A DNA stretch of 64,000 nucleotides from a virus (Duplodnaviria; Caudoviricetes). Position numbers and translations under genes: made by a program. Below, piece after piece: positions 20,566 through 31,251 of this stretch (position 1 is its first letter; each line of letters opens with the position of its first letter). Below the pieces are notes generated by a model. It searched no databases and had not been told where the DNA came from. It saw only the letters and a list, made by a program, of their open reading frames with translations. The stretch is taken from the IMG/VR virus record IMGVR_UViG_3300020598_000119; one strand, written 5' to 3'.

Positions 20566-20784
20566 ATGGATGATGCAGATCGCGCAAGTGACATCGAGTT
20601 GGCCCGCGTACAGAAGAGCCTTCTAAGCATTAAAAAGGAATTGAAATTCGAACCTGATGACATTTACTGCATCGAATGCGGTGATGAAATTCCTGAAGAA
20701 CGCCGCCATGCAATGCCGAATTGTATCCGTTGCGTAACTTGCCAGGAACTCGACGAGCGTCCGCGTCGCGTCAAGAGGTACTAA
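20566..20784 (+). CDS. TraR/DksA C4 zinc-finger protein
   Basis: 'DDADRAS', 'CIECGDEIPEERRHAMPNCIRCVTCQE'. Confidence 0.9.
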   Translation: MDDADRASDIELARVQKSLLSIKKELKFEPDDIYCIECGDEIPEERRHAMPNCIRCVTCQELDERPRRVKRY

Positions 20785-20785
20785 T

Positions 20786-21562
20786 TTGTCTGAAAATCTA
20801 CTCGCCGACATGCTCTATAAGAGCAGCATGAGAAATTTCGGGTCCGACGAGCACATGCAGATTGCTGGTCTTCTTAAGGACTCGAAGAAAAATGTCATAG
20901 ACACGCAGTCGGCGATTGAGATCAGACAACTTCTGAACAACGATCCACATGCCATCGAGCGTGGCCTCAATTTCATCCAGCGCCCCAAATCGCCTGTTTG
21001 GTACGAGTGGGGCCTTGAAACTCGATCCGGTCATGGAGGCAATGAGCATGTGAAAACTGGTTGCCTCGTAACTCCTCATGAGTTCGACGAGAACCTCATG
21101 CTGGCTGTCACTGGCTGGTCCACGGACGGTGTAGATGCTCGACATGCATTTGCTGTAGCATTGTTTGACACCGAGACGATGGCGCAGATCTCCAAAATTG
21201 CCAGATCGCGTAGGAATTCAACGGCAGATGCGAGTTTGAGCCGGATCATGAACTGCATCGAAGTTACGATGCCACCTGGCTTCAATGATGAAATCGACAT
21301 TCTGACAGGAAGCGATCCATTTGCAAAAGAGCGGAGCTATCGTGACGCTACGGCGGAAATCCCCTTCCTGCTGACGATTATGCTACTCGAACAAACCAAA
21401 GGTGGTCTGACGGGTACGCAAACGGAAAATGTCACTCGCCAGACATTATCACCCTCTCCTAAGAAGGGTTGCATGCGCGAGTTTTTTGATAATGCAAGGA
21501 AGCGCAAAAATTACTTCTCGATCCCGAATTGGAAGGGATCTTCTCCAGTTTGGTATAGATGA
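20786..21562 (+). CDS. hypothetical protein
   Basis: 258-aa ORF coupled to the traR-like gene. Confidence 0.55.
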   Translation: MSENLLADMLYKSSMRNFGSDEHMQIAGLLKDSKKNVIDTQSAIEIRQLLNNDPHAIERGLNFIQRPKSPVWYEWGLETRSGHGGNEHVKTGCLVTPHEFDENLMLAVTGWSTDGVDARHAFAVALFDTETMAQISKIARSRRNSTADASLSRIMNCIEVTMPPGFNDEIDILTGSDPFAKERSYRDATAEIPFLLTIMLLEQTKGGLTGTQTENVTRQTLSPSPKKGCMREFFDNARKRKNYFSIPNWKGSSPVWYR

Positions 21563-21564
21563 AC

Positions 21565-21586
21565 AAGCCCGCATTGAGCGGGCTTT
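21565..21586. terminator. terminator between convergent genes
   Basis: AAGCCCGC..GCGGGCTTT. Confidence 0.55.
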
Positions 21587-21589
21587 CGC

Positions 21590-23419
21590 TTATCGGAATC
21601 GATAGGCCACAGGATCAGGGGAAATCATCCCAGAAATTGGCGCGACCTCTTCGCAGTCCATCAAACCATCGAGGTTCATTTCTTGATACTTCTTGTTCAC
21701 GAACGGGAACCAGGGCATGACAGCTAGATTCAGGGTGTCGCGGTCCTTCCAGTCATAACCACAGAGCCTCTCAATACCATCATCAGGGATCGGAATATCG
21801 TCGAGGAAGGCGCTGATCAGCTTTCGGTTGAGCTTTACCTGTCCCGAGAGGATTGCCGACATGTACCAAGCGGTGGCGTCTTTTGCCTTAGGACTTGCGG
21901 CTGTATTTCCATGAGCCATGTTCTGCTTAACACGCAGCATGTCGTTTGAAGGATTTAAGGAGTCGAATTCGATTGTCGAATGGCGGCGTTCTATAGCCCC
22001 ATTTTCATCCAACGAACGAACCGACACGATGAACGATTGGCACGTTTCTGCGACACGGGTGTAACCACCGACGCAGTGGTTCATTGCTGCCCCTTCCTGT
22101 TGCAATTCAATCGTACTGCGAAGGGGAACAAGCCACAGGCCGTTGGGAGCCTGAACAGGCTCAGTCAAACCAGGCCAAGTGTTGGCCTCTATCGAGCGTC
22201 TCAGCTCTTGTCGGTTCTCGGCCTCAATCTGCGCCGTGCCACTCAAGATGTCATTGCGGCCAAGGTGGAAGCGACGCTGTTGATCTGCGATGTCGGTCAG
22301 TGATTTGCCAGCAATGATCATCTCGAATGCCGCTGCACGGGCGGCAATACCCATCTCTGGAGTTACCATGACCTCGTCACTGTCACCACCATGGGCGGAC
22401 AGGGGGAGGACTACAAAATTTTTGAAATCCTCAAGCATGTCAGCCGTGTTTCGCATCGCAAGACGGAAGTCTTCCTCAGGATCAGCCATATCTACATCAA
22501 GGCTCTCGGGGATGGTAAGGTGAATGCGGAAGTATTCTTCAAGTTTGGCCTGCTCAATACCCGCCTTCTTGATTACGCGCTGACAAAAGTCTGTCCATTT
22601 ACCTTGTGCTGATTTGACCATAGGCCCCACAGAATGATCACTAGCAGCCAGATCTTCGAATATACCTCCGGCGACCTGACAAAACGAGCGCCAGTCTTGG
22701 CCCGAGGTCGGTATCCAATCTGGCGGAACCAGCGACATCAAACGAACCACAGACGAAAGCTTCACACCGTTCGGAATGGTGTCGGCCGTCGAAAGGCGCT
22801 TGAGAACTGGCTTCGTAATTGAAGCGTCGACGATTTTTGAGAGCAAATTGACAACCGTATCAGCGATTGGCTTCTTACGGTCCACCGCCATTTTTGCAGT
22901 CAAATTCGATGATAAAAGGTCGGCTAGGATCGGATAGCTCGCCGCAGCCTGACGCCGAATAAGGGCGCGATCATTATCGCCAGCATAGAATTCGTAAGCT
23001 GCTTTAGTTTGCTGATAGCTTTTGGCAATAGCATCGAGACCTTTGTGGTCAAAGTTTTTCACGCGATTTTTTTCGCTCGAAATCAACTCAGCAAGCTCAC
23101 TTCTTGCCTCTTCACGAAATTCAAACGGCAGGTTCAATTGATCCATAAGATCATCGACACGATCACCACCAACCATTGCGAACGCCCACGGTGCATGTGC
23201 ACGACTATCTGTCGGGCTTTCCGTAAGGAGACCCATGGCGTCTTCGACGTGGAACTGTTTGAAACTTGTCGCCGAAGAATATGTCAAAGTGCCCTCATCA
23301 TTCCCAACGATTATGCAAACAGACAATTTGACATCGTCACGATAGGAAAGGGCATACCCGTCCCCCGTAGGTGAGGAAATAGAGGTTAATTTAACCCCGA
23401 GTTTTTCCAAAATACTCAT
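21590..23419 (-). CDS. PcfJ-domain protein
   Basis: 'ELQQEGAAMNHCVGGY...IVSVR...STIE'. Confidence 0.75.
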   Translation of the reverse strand: MSILEKLGVKLTSISSPTGDGYALSYRDDVKLSVCIIVGNDEGTLTYSSATSFKQFHVEDAMGLLTESPTDSRAHAPWAFAMVGGDRVDDLMDQLNLPFEFREEARSELAELISSEKNRVKNFDHKGLDAIAKSYQQTKAAYEFYAGDNDRALIRRQAAASYPILADLLSSNLTAKMAVDRKKPIADTVVNLLSKIVDASITKPVLKRLSTADTIPNGVKLSSVVRLMSLVPPDWIPTSGQDWRSFCQVAGGIFEDLAASDHSVGPMVKSAQGKWTDFCQRVIKKAGIEQAKLEEYFRIHLTIPESLDVDMADPEEDFRLAMRNTADMLEDFKNFVVLPLSAHGGDSDEVMVTPEMGIAARAAAFEMIIAGKSLTDIADQQRRFHLGRNDILSGTAQIEAENRQELRRSIEANTWPGLTEPVQAPNGLWLVPLRSTIELQQEGAAMNHCVGGYTRVAETCQSFIVSVRSLDENGAIERRHSTIEFDSLNPSNDMLRVKQNMAHGNTAASPKAKDATAWYMSAILSGQVKLNRKLISAFLDDIPIPDDGIERLCGYDWKDRDTLNLAVMPWFPFVNKKYQEMNLDGLMDCEEVAPISGMISPDPVAYRFR

Positions 23420-26400
23420 GCACACATCTCCAGGGCTTTAGCCTGATGTTCGTTTTCATCAACAAAGTCACGGCGGTATTTGCTGTCGACGTAGAACGTG
23501 TTAATCCCAGAATTATTCAAAATTTCCAACACATCACGCAAATCATCAACGCTGGTAATCGTTACAGATGAATGAGTGTTGCTGGTCAATTCTCCGCTTT
23601 CAAACAGCTCTTTAAATGCTTCAGATGGCCATTTACGCCCTGCACGGCTATTGCGCGGAGCTGGGATGGTAAGATTCCACGTATCACGTCCAAATGGAGA
23701 GATTTTCAACGCATTCTTTGAAGAAGTGGCCGAATTGGTGACCTCGGCACGTTTATCAACAAGCGCATTGAGAGCCTGTTCAACACCGTCAAGGCGAACC
23801 GCCAATTTTTCGAGATGGGATTCAAAGTTCTTTTTTACCAAAACACCGCGATGGCGATTACCTTCCGAGTCCACGTAGGAAATCATCTGACCGAGATTGT
23901 ACTTGGTCGCCAAACGGACGGCACGGAAAATGTTGGTCGAGAGAATACGAGCAGGCGTCAGTTTCTTTGCTGATGCGCCTTCGAACCTCTCCAGCACCTT
24001 GTCATAATCCGAACCCGTCAGGCCGTCAGATACATTGAATTTAACGCCGCCGTTCTTTTCGAAAGTAGCGACCTGCATATCCTGCAAAAGCGTGCTCAAA
24101 CGAACAGACGTGATGCGTGTCTGACCTGGAATGGCAAGCGAAACTGTGTACTGGCTGCGGAGGTGATGATAGCCAGACGGCGGCGCATATACAGCAGTTA
24201 CGATAGCCTTGACCTTTTCCGCATCGAGGCCATGAGCAAGCTCAACCTCACGACCTGGGATCAGCGCACGCAATGCAGCCGCCGTAATTTCCATATCGCT
24301 CTTGATCTGCATAAGCTTCGGGTTGTTTTTCTCCAGTGCCTCCTGAACAGTTCTAATGTTCTTTGGCATGTAGATTTCGAGATAGACTTCTGGGCTTTCT
24401 GTAATGTTGTCAGCAGCCTTCTCGACTTCACCGTAAACCTCGGTACCAGCCTCAACAGCTTCCATCAGCGCTTCTGAACGAATGGATTCTGCAACTCGTT
24501 CGATAACGACATCACGGATGTGCATCGGGCCATCGAAAGCCGTAACTGCAGCAGAGTTCTCATTGCCCTCAAAGAGACGTGCATCACGAATGTGAACCAT
24601 GCCTTCGAGTTCCTTCGGACGAAGCGGGTTTTCGCCGCGAGCCTCAAGTTCTGCGATATGCAGCTCGTATTCGGCTGTTAGCTCAGACAGAACCTTTTCC
24701 TGATAATCAGTTGGCAACAACGCGAGGCGAGACATGAACTCGTTCGCCGAACGGTCATTGTCCTGACGGCTTTCACTTTCGACATCTTCGTCAGTACCAG
24801 GAACATTCACAACGCCTTCCTCGTCGACATATGAGAGACATAGCTTCTTTACGAGATCTGGTCGCATTTCCGCATATTTGGAGACAACCTGATCGCCGAC
24901 CGAATTGATCAAGTCTGGAATGTTCTTCGTCAGGAAGATGCTGTCACGATTTGATGTCACGTTTGCCGAGAGACGGCGCAGTTTCTGGTTTCTCATAGCT
25001 GCAAGACGCACTTCAACAGGAAGTCCGCTGGAGAGGACTTCAACACGAGATGGGACAACCTCATCGTAACGGCTGACACGACCATAAGCCTGAATCTGCT
25101 TCAGGACATATGCAGGCCCTTGTAGCTCGATCATCACGCGACGGCGCTGATCCTTGAAACGGCGCGAGGCGTGCAGGTCGATGCCCGTGCTACCAGCTGA
25201 GTTGATGACGAGAGCGTCGACTTCGCCAGCGTTGAAGGAGTTTTTGGTTTTGGTGACGTTGCGCTCCTTGCGCGGGACAACCTTGCCGTCGACCACTTCA
25301 AGCACTCGTCCCGTGATCTCCCCACAGGAGAACCCAGCATCACGAATTTTACCCTTAACGACGTCAATTGCCGATGCTGGCAAATCAGGAAGCTGATCGA
25401 TCATAGCGTTGATGTGGGAAAGCGTAGCCTGCACGGCCTCATTGCCTTCTGCAGCATCAACACGGTTCAGACCCCCATCGTCATCAGTGTACGACATCTT
25501 GGTTAGCTGGCCGAGGATGCGTCTCATGACGTCCTTGAAGTCAGGAGCGTCACCGCCATCAAGCTCTGCATCCTTGAGAATGCCTTGAATAGTGTTTTCG
25601 ACGAGGACGATAGGCTTTTCGCCATTCTGCAGGGCGGTTACGGCCCGTTCAGCGGCAAATTCAGCAAGAAGCGCGGCCGAGAAGAGCCGTATCATCGTGT
25701 AAAGCGGAGAGCCGAAGCCCATGCGCTTAAGCTGAATACCCTTCAAAAGGCTGCCATCAGTATTGTTTCGAGCATTGACAACACGGTCCATCTCACCGGA
25801 CAGGACAGCCATCTCTCCTATGACAGCGGCCAAAGCGTCCATGTGATTGCGATTTCTCTCAACGCGTTCGCTATCGAGATGCTGGCTGATCTCCAGCTTG
25901 GACATGTCCTTCTCACGACGGATCATGACGCCATCGGTCACCAGCATAGAAGAGACAACTTCCATGAACTGCTCACCGCCTTTGCGCATCATCGCAGCAA
26001 TTTCAGAGCCGCTCATTCCGTACGGGAACAGCCGTTCAAAGAATGCCATCGCCCGAGCGTCTCCAGCGAATGTGGCTGACGAAAGAACTGGAGGGCCGGA
26101 TGCCTCAATTGCATGCGCAATGTTTTCGGAAGTGTTCGAGTTACCGCTTGCCGCAACGTGAATTTCATCGCCCACCACAAGCGTCTCGGCATCAATGACT
26201 TCGCGTAGCCACGCAGCACGTGCCGAATCTTCTGGCGACTGATTGAACTGGCTGTAGGTAGCAAAGACGACAGGGATGTCGTCCGGCCAGGTCTTATCAG
26301 CGATTGCCTTTTCAAGAATGGAGCGATCCCCGAGTTCAAACGCCTTACCAGTAGATTCATCGATCAGCGAAGCGTCCTGGTTCATGACCACTGGCTTGAC

Positions 26401-28062
26401 ATCGCCGAGTGCGTTGATGTGTTTGAGATCACGCATCAGGTCTGAGAGATTCATTGCCTTTTCAGTAAGCACGAGAACCTTGCGTCCCTGCAGAGCCGCA
26501 CGCTTGACCAGCGCCATAAGGGCACGTCCTTTACCGACGCCAGTGTTATCCGCGAACAGGAACGCACGACCGCGCTCTTCCGCGTGGATTGCCAGACCAA
26601 CACCATCGATCTGTTCTGGAGAAAGCCTCTCGCCCAATTCATCCAGCGGAATGCCGCACTCGATAGAGACACGCTTGTCGACGTCTTCAAAATTTTCGAC
26701 CAAGCGGTTCAGGGCAGAACGAGTCGCCTCGTCCAGTTCCTTCGGCACCATAGTAATTGGTTTATTCGTTTTAGAAGCGGACTTGTACGGTACCTGATGG
26801 GAATTCTGAGCCATTGTAGCGGCCGTAAGCTCCGCTCCCGTAGAAAGGCCAGAGCGAACGCTTTCCATCGCGCGGGCGCGTTCCGAGACCGTAACTGATG
26901 CCCACGACCAAAACGCAGCTTCGTCATTGATCTCAGCGATAGCTGGAATTTCAGCCGGATCACCAATGGAAGACGTCACGACCAGCGACTTGCTCGACTG
27001 ACCGAGATCGACCAATGCCGCTGCTTCGACTGGACCGTGCTTCGCCAACTCTGCCAAGACCACTGACGCAGCGTTCATATCGGCAACAGGAACGAAGCTG
27101 ACAGTCATTGACCTAGCCTTTCGCCCCCGCAGGTCGGCGAGCGCCGTTTCCTTACTGTCTGCAAAAGATAGAACGAAGTCGGCTTCTTCCGCTTTTTCAG
27201 CAGCGCGAACAGCTTTCGGTTTAAACTGATCGAACAGATCGGAGCGACCACCTGACAAATAGATGGAATGACCAAGAAGATCTCGATCCATGCCGAGGAG
27301 GCGGCGTCCAATTACGATCTGATCAAAATTGCTGTCTTTACCGAGATCGTACTTTTCAAAAGCACGAGCGATATCGAGAGAAACAGAGAAGCGTTCGCGA
27401 AGGGTTTTGATGCCTTTGCGGCCGACGAAACGAAGGGCTGCTTCTTTAACTGCAGTAACGAATTCATCCTTACGCGAAGGCTCGACACCAATTGTCTTCA
27501 TGTAGGTATCGATGCTGATCATCTGATCAGTGCCATGCGTCTTTACAGCGGTTTCAACAAAGCCTTCGGCACACATGGTGAAAGAGGTTTCGTCGACGGC
27601 ACGCAGGAACATGCCTGGGCTACTTGCGGCCATGCCCTTCTCTTTGATCTGACGACCTCTGGAGTCGACAAAAACGCGCTCGCCATTTTCTTCAACGATC
27701 TTCTGACCCTGTCTATTGTAGCCCAGGAGGACAGCCTTCTTGATATCTGATGTACTGATCAGATCTGACGAAGCATCAGTGTCCGCAGATGGCTTAGGCG
27801 GCTCGATACGGAGGACGTACTCTCCCTGTTCGTGCTCACGGATTTTCAGATTCGGAAACTCGCGCTGAAATTCACGCGGGTTGAGCTGCGTTGCATTAGG
27901 CTTGATCCAACTATTTCCTGTTGGTCGTTTTTGAAAGCCAAGGCGGCGAACGGCATCAATATGCTGATCAGGAACTTTATCCAACAGTAAAACTTGTGCA
28001 GTCGGCATAACTGCAAGGTGCAGTTTCATCCCATATTCAGATAAATCAAGCCACTTCGCCAT
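23416..28062 (-). CDS. strawberry-notch family SF2 helicase/ATPase
   Basis: 'EQIDGV', 'ADNTGVGKGR', 'TYSQ', 'DEIH', 'SATF', 'AGSTGIDLHAS', 'Q.YGRV.R'. Confidence 0.88.
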   Translation of the reverse strand: MAKWLDLSEYGMKLHLAVMPTAQVLLLDKVPDQHIDAVRRLGFQKRPTGNSWIKPNATQLNPREFQREFPNLKIREHEQGEYVLRIEPPKPSADTDASSDLISTSDIKKAVLLGYNRQGQKIVEENGERVFVDSRGRQIKEKGMAASSPGMFLRAVDETSFTMCAEGFVETAVKTHGTDQMISIDTYMKTIGVEPSRKDEFVTAVKEAALRFVGRKGIKTLRERFSVSLDIARAFEKYDLGKDSNFDQIVIGRRLLGMDRDLLGHSIYLSGGRSDLFDQFKPKAVRAAEKAEEADFVLSFADSKETALADLRGRKARSMTVSFVPVADMNAASVVLAELAKHGPVEAAALVDLGQSSKSLVVTSSIGDPAEIPAIAEINDEAAFWSWASVTVSERARAMESVRSGLSTGAELTAATMAQNSHQVPYKSASKTNKPITMVPKELDEATRSALNRLVENFEDVDKRVSIECGIPLDELGERLSPEQIDGVGLAIHAEERGRAFLFADNTGVGKGRALMALVKRAALQGRKVLVLTEKAMNLSDLMRDLKHINALGDVKPVVMNQDASLIDESTGKAFELGDRSILEKAIADKTWPDDIPVVFATYSQFNQSPEDSARAAWLREVIDAETLVVGDEIHVAASGNSNTSENIAHAIEASGPPVLSSATFAGDARAMAFFERLFPYGMSGSEIAAMMRKGGEQFMEVVSSMLVTDGVMIRREKDMSKLEISQHLDSERVERNRNHMDALAAVIGEMAVLSGEMDRVVNARNNTDGSLLKGIQLKRMGFGSPLYTMIRLFSAALLAEFAAERAVTALQNGEKPIVLVENTIQGILKDAELDGGDAPDFKDVMRRILGQLTKMSYTDDDGGLNRVDAAEGNEAVQATLSHINAMIDQLPDLPASAIDVVKGKIRDAGFSCGEITGRVLEVVDGKVVPRKERNVTKTKNSFNAGEVDALVINSAGSTGIDLHASRRFKDQRRRVMIELQGPAYVLKQIQAYGRVSRYDEVVPSRVEVLSSGLPVEVRLAAMRNQKLRRLSANVTSNRDSIFLTKNIPDLINSVGDQVVSKYAEMRPDLVKKLCLSYVDEEGVVNVPGTDEDVESESRQDNDRSANEFMSRLALLPTDYQEKVLSELTAEYELHIAELEARGENPLRPKELEGMVHIRDARLFEGNENSAAVTAFDGPMHIRDVVIERVAESIRSEALMEAVEAGTEVYGEVEKAADNITESPEVYLEIYMPKNIRTVQEALEKNNPKLMQIKSDMEITAAALRALIPGREVELAHGLDAEKVKAIVTAVYAPPSGYHHLRSQYTVSLAIPGQTRITSVRLSTLLQDMQVATFEKNGGVKFNVSDGLTGSDYDKVLERFEGASAKKLTPARILSTNIFRAVRLATKYNLGQMISYVDSEGNRHRGVLVKKNFESHLEKLAVRLDGVEQALNALVDKRAEVTNSATSSKNALKISPFGRDTWNLTIPAPRNSRAGRKWPSEAFKELFESGELTSNTHSSVTITSVDDLRDVLEILNNSGINTFYVDSKYRRDFVDENEHQAKALEMCA

Positions 28063-28140
28063 CGATCTTCACTCTAAGTTCAAGAAATACGTCTTTAATC
28101 AAGCTATTAAAAATAGTGGCAACTCACAAAATTTACGCCC

Positions 28141-28944
28141 TTAAAAAAGGGCGACACTCATAATAAGGGCGACAACACCTAAGGTTGCCAGGCCAATTAC
28201 AATTGGGAATTGCTTGCCGGATCTAGCTCCTTCAGATTTCCTGTCCCTGGAAAATTCGACGGAAGCCTCTTTTTTGCTTTTGTCGTGGACAGTGGCTGGC
28301 TTAAAATCGCTGGAAATCAAAATCCGATCATCAAGCAAATGATATGGGACCGTGTTCCAGTCCGTGTCACTCAATTCGACGAATAGGGGAACATTGGAGA
28401 AAACACGGTCTAGCACGTAATGTTCAGGCTCATTCATTGGCCGGGTCAACTCGGGGCCAGCGTCGGACCTCTCAATTGCAAAAAAATTCGAACAGGGTGA
28501 CACAGTCAAATTGACCTTATCGCCTTCTTGCAATCCAAGGCTCTCGGCCAATTTAACACCAATCATCATATCCAGCCCGAAGGTGGTCAGCCGAGCGAGA
28601 ACGCCTCGGTAATAGCGAGGCCCGAAGTCGACATAGCCGATAGCCTGTTCGCCAGCCTTTCTAACAGCCGCGAGCTGGGCAGATTGAGACATGGCAAAAT
28701 CGGCAATCTGAGCAACAGCCTCCAGCTCTGCATCCGCGTCTAGGAGTGCCACCTTACTGGTGTACCCACTTGGGCACACGTCATAGTCGGCGACGGCGGT
28801 CATCAACTCCTCTTTCGTCATGAAGATGAAACACTGCCCGACGCCTTCGTTAATGAGACAGGCTCCATGAAGGCCTTCCACACCTGTGAAGGCCCTCATC
28901 TGCTCAGGTCCAACGACCACAGCCACACAATTTTCAATTGTCAC
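28141..28944 (-). CDS. hypothetical protein with C-terminal TM anchor
   Basis: hydrophobic C-terminus; GTG start after AGGAG. Confidence 0.5.
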   Translation of the reverse strand: MTIENCVAVVVGPEQMRAFTGVEGLHGACLINEGVGQCFIFMTKEELMTAVADYDVCPSGYTSKVALLDADAELEAVAQIADFAMSQSAQLAAVRKAGEQAIGYVDFGPRYYRGVLARLTTFGLDMMIGVKLAESLGLQEGDKVNLTVSPCSNFFAIERSDAGPELTRPMNEPEHYVLDRVFSNVPLFVELSDTDWNTVPYHLLDDRILISSDFKPATVHDKSKKEASVEFSRDRKSEGARSGKQFPIVIGLATLGVVALIMSVALF

Positions 28945-29671
28945 TGTCTGAGATCCTTTCTCCTGCCTGAATGACCAGCAAGCTGACAAACTGCGTCAGG
29001 CGAGACTCCGCGATCCATGAAATTCCGTCGCCCAATGCATCGCTCGCAAGATTGGCAAGCCAGACACGGCCGTAAGGCCCGATGGGGAAAACGCCTGGAA
29101 CCTCGTCAAGCAGCTTCAGGATATCCGAAACGAAATGATCGGTTGCGGACCTATAGAGATGACCTGCCAAACTCGGACGCTCTTTGGCTGTCTGAAGCCG
29201 TTTTTCAACCTCACCAGAGATTTCGCACCCCCAAACGTGGCCTGTATCGAGTGCCGACCAGATTTCATCTTTGATGTCCTCCATCTGCTCTGCCAGATTG
29301 AACACTGCCAAGCAGGAGAGTGCGGTGTCTTTGCCTTGAGTCACAAGGACTGAGGAGAAGGCAGATAGGTCAACTCCTCTGCATTCCGTGGCTGGAACGG
29401 CCAACAATTTCATTCCTGAGACAGCTCTGGCGGCAATCAATTTTTCAGGTGATGTCGCACCATTATCAAACTCTCCAAGTGTTTCAAGCACTGCCTCAAT
29501 GTCGTCTTCGTCGACTGCACCGGCAATTAATTGCTTTGCAATATCTAAGTGTGAAGAAAAAATAGAAGGCGAAGAAACCCGTTGCATGCCTGATTTTCCA
29601 ATGACTATAGAATTATTCTGCAGATCAAATGCCTTGAGCGCAATCGCCGCTTGCCATATTTCCCGCTCCAA
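28934..29671 (-). CDS. hypothetical protein
   Basis: 245-aa ORF. Confidence 0.5.
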   Translation of the reverse strand: MEREIWQAAIALKAFDLQNNSIVIGKSGMQRVSSPSIFSSHLDIAKQLIAGAVDEDDIEAVLETLGEFDNGATSPEKLIAARAVSGMKLLAVPATECRGVDLSAFSSVLVTQGKDTALSCLAVFNLAEQMEDIKDEIWSALDTGHVWGCEISGEVEKRLQTAKERPSLAGHLYRSATDHFVSDILKLLDEVPGVFPIGPYGRVWLANLASDALGDGISWIAESRLTQFVSLLVIQAGERISDSDN

Positions 29672-29704
29672 GGCTTAACTGGTATTAAGGAGTGAATTTT
29701 CGCA

Positions 29705-30898
29705 ATGACGTCAGCCAAGGGCTATCGATTGAAACTCAACAACATAATCGAGTTGTCAGCTTGGCTTGACGACTATCGAACCACGTCGCTGCGCCATCTC
29801 GGCAAGTTATACGGGACCTTGGTCGCCCATAAAGCAGTTGAATACCTAGATCGCGACAGAATGGGCATCACTGATTTGCCTGACGACGTTTTTGCCGTTG
29901 CATGCTCGGATGTTCGAAAATCTCTTGGCCGAAGCGCGACGGGGATCATCGCACCAGACCTCAATTGCTCCATAAAGTTTCATCTGGTCCATGATGCAGT
30001 CCTTGCCACGTTTACTCATGGGAATGACGAATACCTGAAGGCATGGGAAGCTAACAAAGCGGTTGTGAAATGGGGGTGGGCTGCCGATGCTGAGCCTGGT
30101 GGAATCCCTGAACAAGCCTGGAAAGTGCGTGAGAAATATTGGTCAAAGGCTAACTCACGAAAACTTGGTGGGGACCTTCAATTTCTCTTGGTAGACAAAC
30201 CATTGCCGGACATTGGATGGGGTGCAATTTGGCGGTATTTGCCGTCAAATGAGCAACGAATTTCTGTTGCGGTCGAAGCGTTGAAGGAGTCTGACCCAAC
30301 AGGGCTTATGAATCGCTATTCGGGCCAGAAGCTCAAAGAAATGGTCCTTCGTTCGATTGAGCAAGAGGTCAATAAGAATAGCTTCCTGAAATCGACCCGA
30401 AACAGGATGTCAGGCGCTAAGAAAATTCGACAAGATGTCGCCGCCGCTCGAAAGCCATCAGTGGCCAAAGACATTCAAGAGAAGATTGAGGCAAAAGAGC
30501 GAAAGCCTGCACGAGCTTCTGAGATAGACCACGCTGACATCATTGTGGCCTCGGATAATAAAATCTTTGTCGCCGTTCCCTATGTTGGCCTCGATCCCGA
30601 TAGCCGAGTCTTCGTTCAGGTGAGCGATAAGCATGTTGCTTTTTCACAGAACGGCGTTCAGTACGGATTTGTTGATAACGTGAAACGCTCAAGCCTCGAC
30701 GTATTAAAGACCACCAACCAAGTGATTCTTATCGAGATTGAAAAAAACTTCGATGAGCGCTTGCTTCGTGCAAAGCACATGGCCATTGTCACAGATATCA
30801 GTCTTCAAGACGGGTTTGGCTCGGCTATCAATCGCTTTAAACAAATCGCCAATACCTCCATGCGCGAAAAGGAATTAAAAGAATGGGAAAAGCATTAA
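29705..30898 (+). CDS. hypothetical protein
   Basis: 397-aa ORF. Confidence 0.6.
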   Translation: MTSAKGYRLKLNNIIELSAWLDDYRTTSLRHLGKLYGTLVAHKAVEYLDRDRMGITDLPDDVFAVACSDVRKSLGRSATGIIAPDLNCSIKFHLVHDAVLATFTHGNDEYLKAWEANKAVVKWGWAADAEPGGIPEQAWKVREKYWSKANSRKLGGDLQFLLVDKPLPDIGWGAIWRYLPSNEQRISVAVEALKESDPTGLMNRYSGQKLKEMVLRSIEQEVNKNSFLKSTRNRMSGAKKIRQDVAAARKPSVAKDIQEKIEAKERKPARASEIDHADIIVASDNKIFVAVPYVGLDPDSRVFVQVSDKHVAFSQNGVQYGFVDNVKRSSLDVLKTTNQVILIEIEKNFDERLLRAKHMAIVTDISLQDGFGSAINRFKQIANTSMREKELKEWEKH

Positions 30899-31182
30899 AT
30901 AACCAGATAATCGATGAATCCTTTGCTGGTCTCATGGACCCCAAGGAGGTTCACGAGCTTGGTCGCGAGGACATAACCAGCGGTCGTCCTGGACAAAGCC
31001 TATTACAGATAGTCCAGGAATTTGGTCACGAAGGGTTCAAGCAAATCGTTGAAAACCGTGCCAAGGAACGCGCTGCTCTAGCAGCCTCGGATGCGCCAGA
31101 AGCAGGAAAGAAACTTGCGGATTTTGGCCTTAATTCCAAGTCGGATGGCCCTGCAAAGGACATGGCAATTAGCGACGAATAA
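30883..31182 (+). CDS. hypothetical protein
   Basis: 99-aa ORF overlapping the upstream stop. Confidence 0.5.
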   Translation: MGKALNNQIIDESFAGLMDPKEVHELGREDITSGRPGQSLLQIVQEFGHEGFKQIVENRAKERAALAASDAPEAGKKLADFGLNSKSDGPAKDMAISDE

Positions 31183-31251
31183 TCGTAGAAAAATGTTGAC
31201 GCATTAACAATGAATAAATACCCTTTATGCAGACAGTAAAAGGGTATTTTA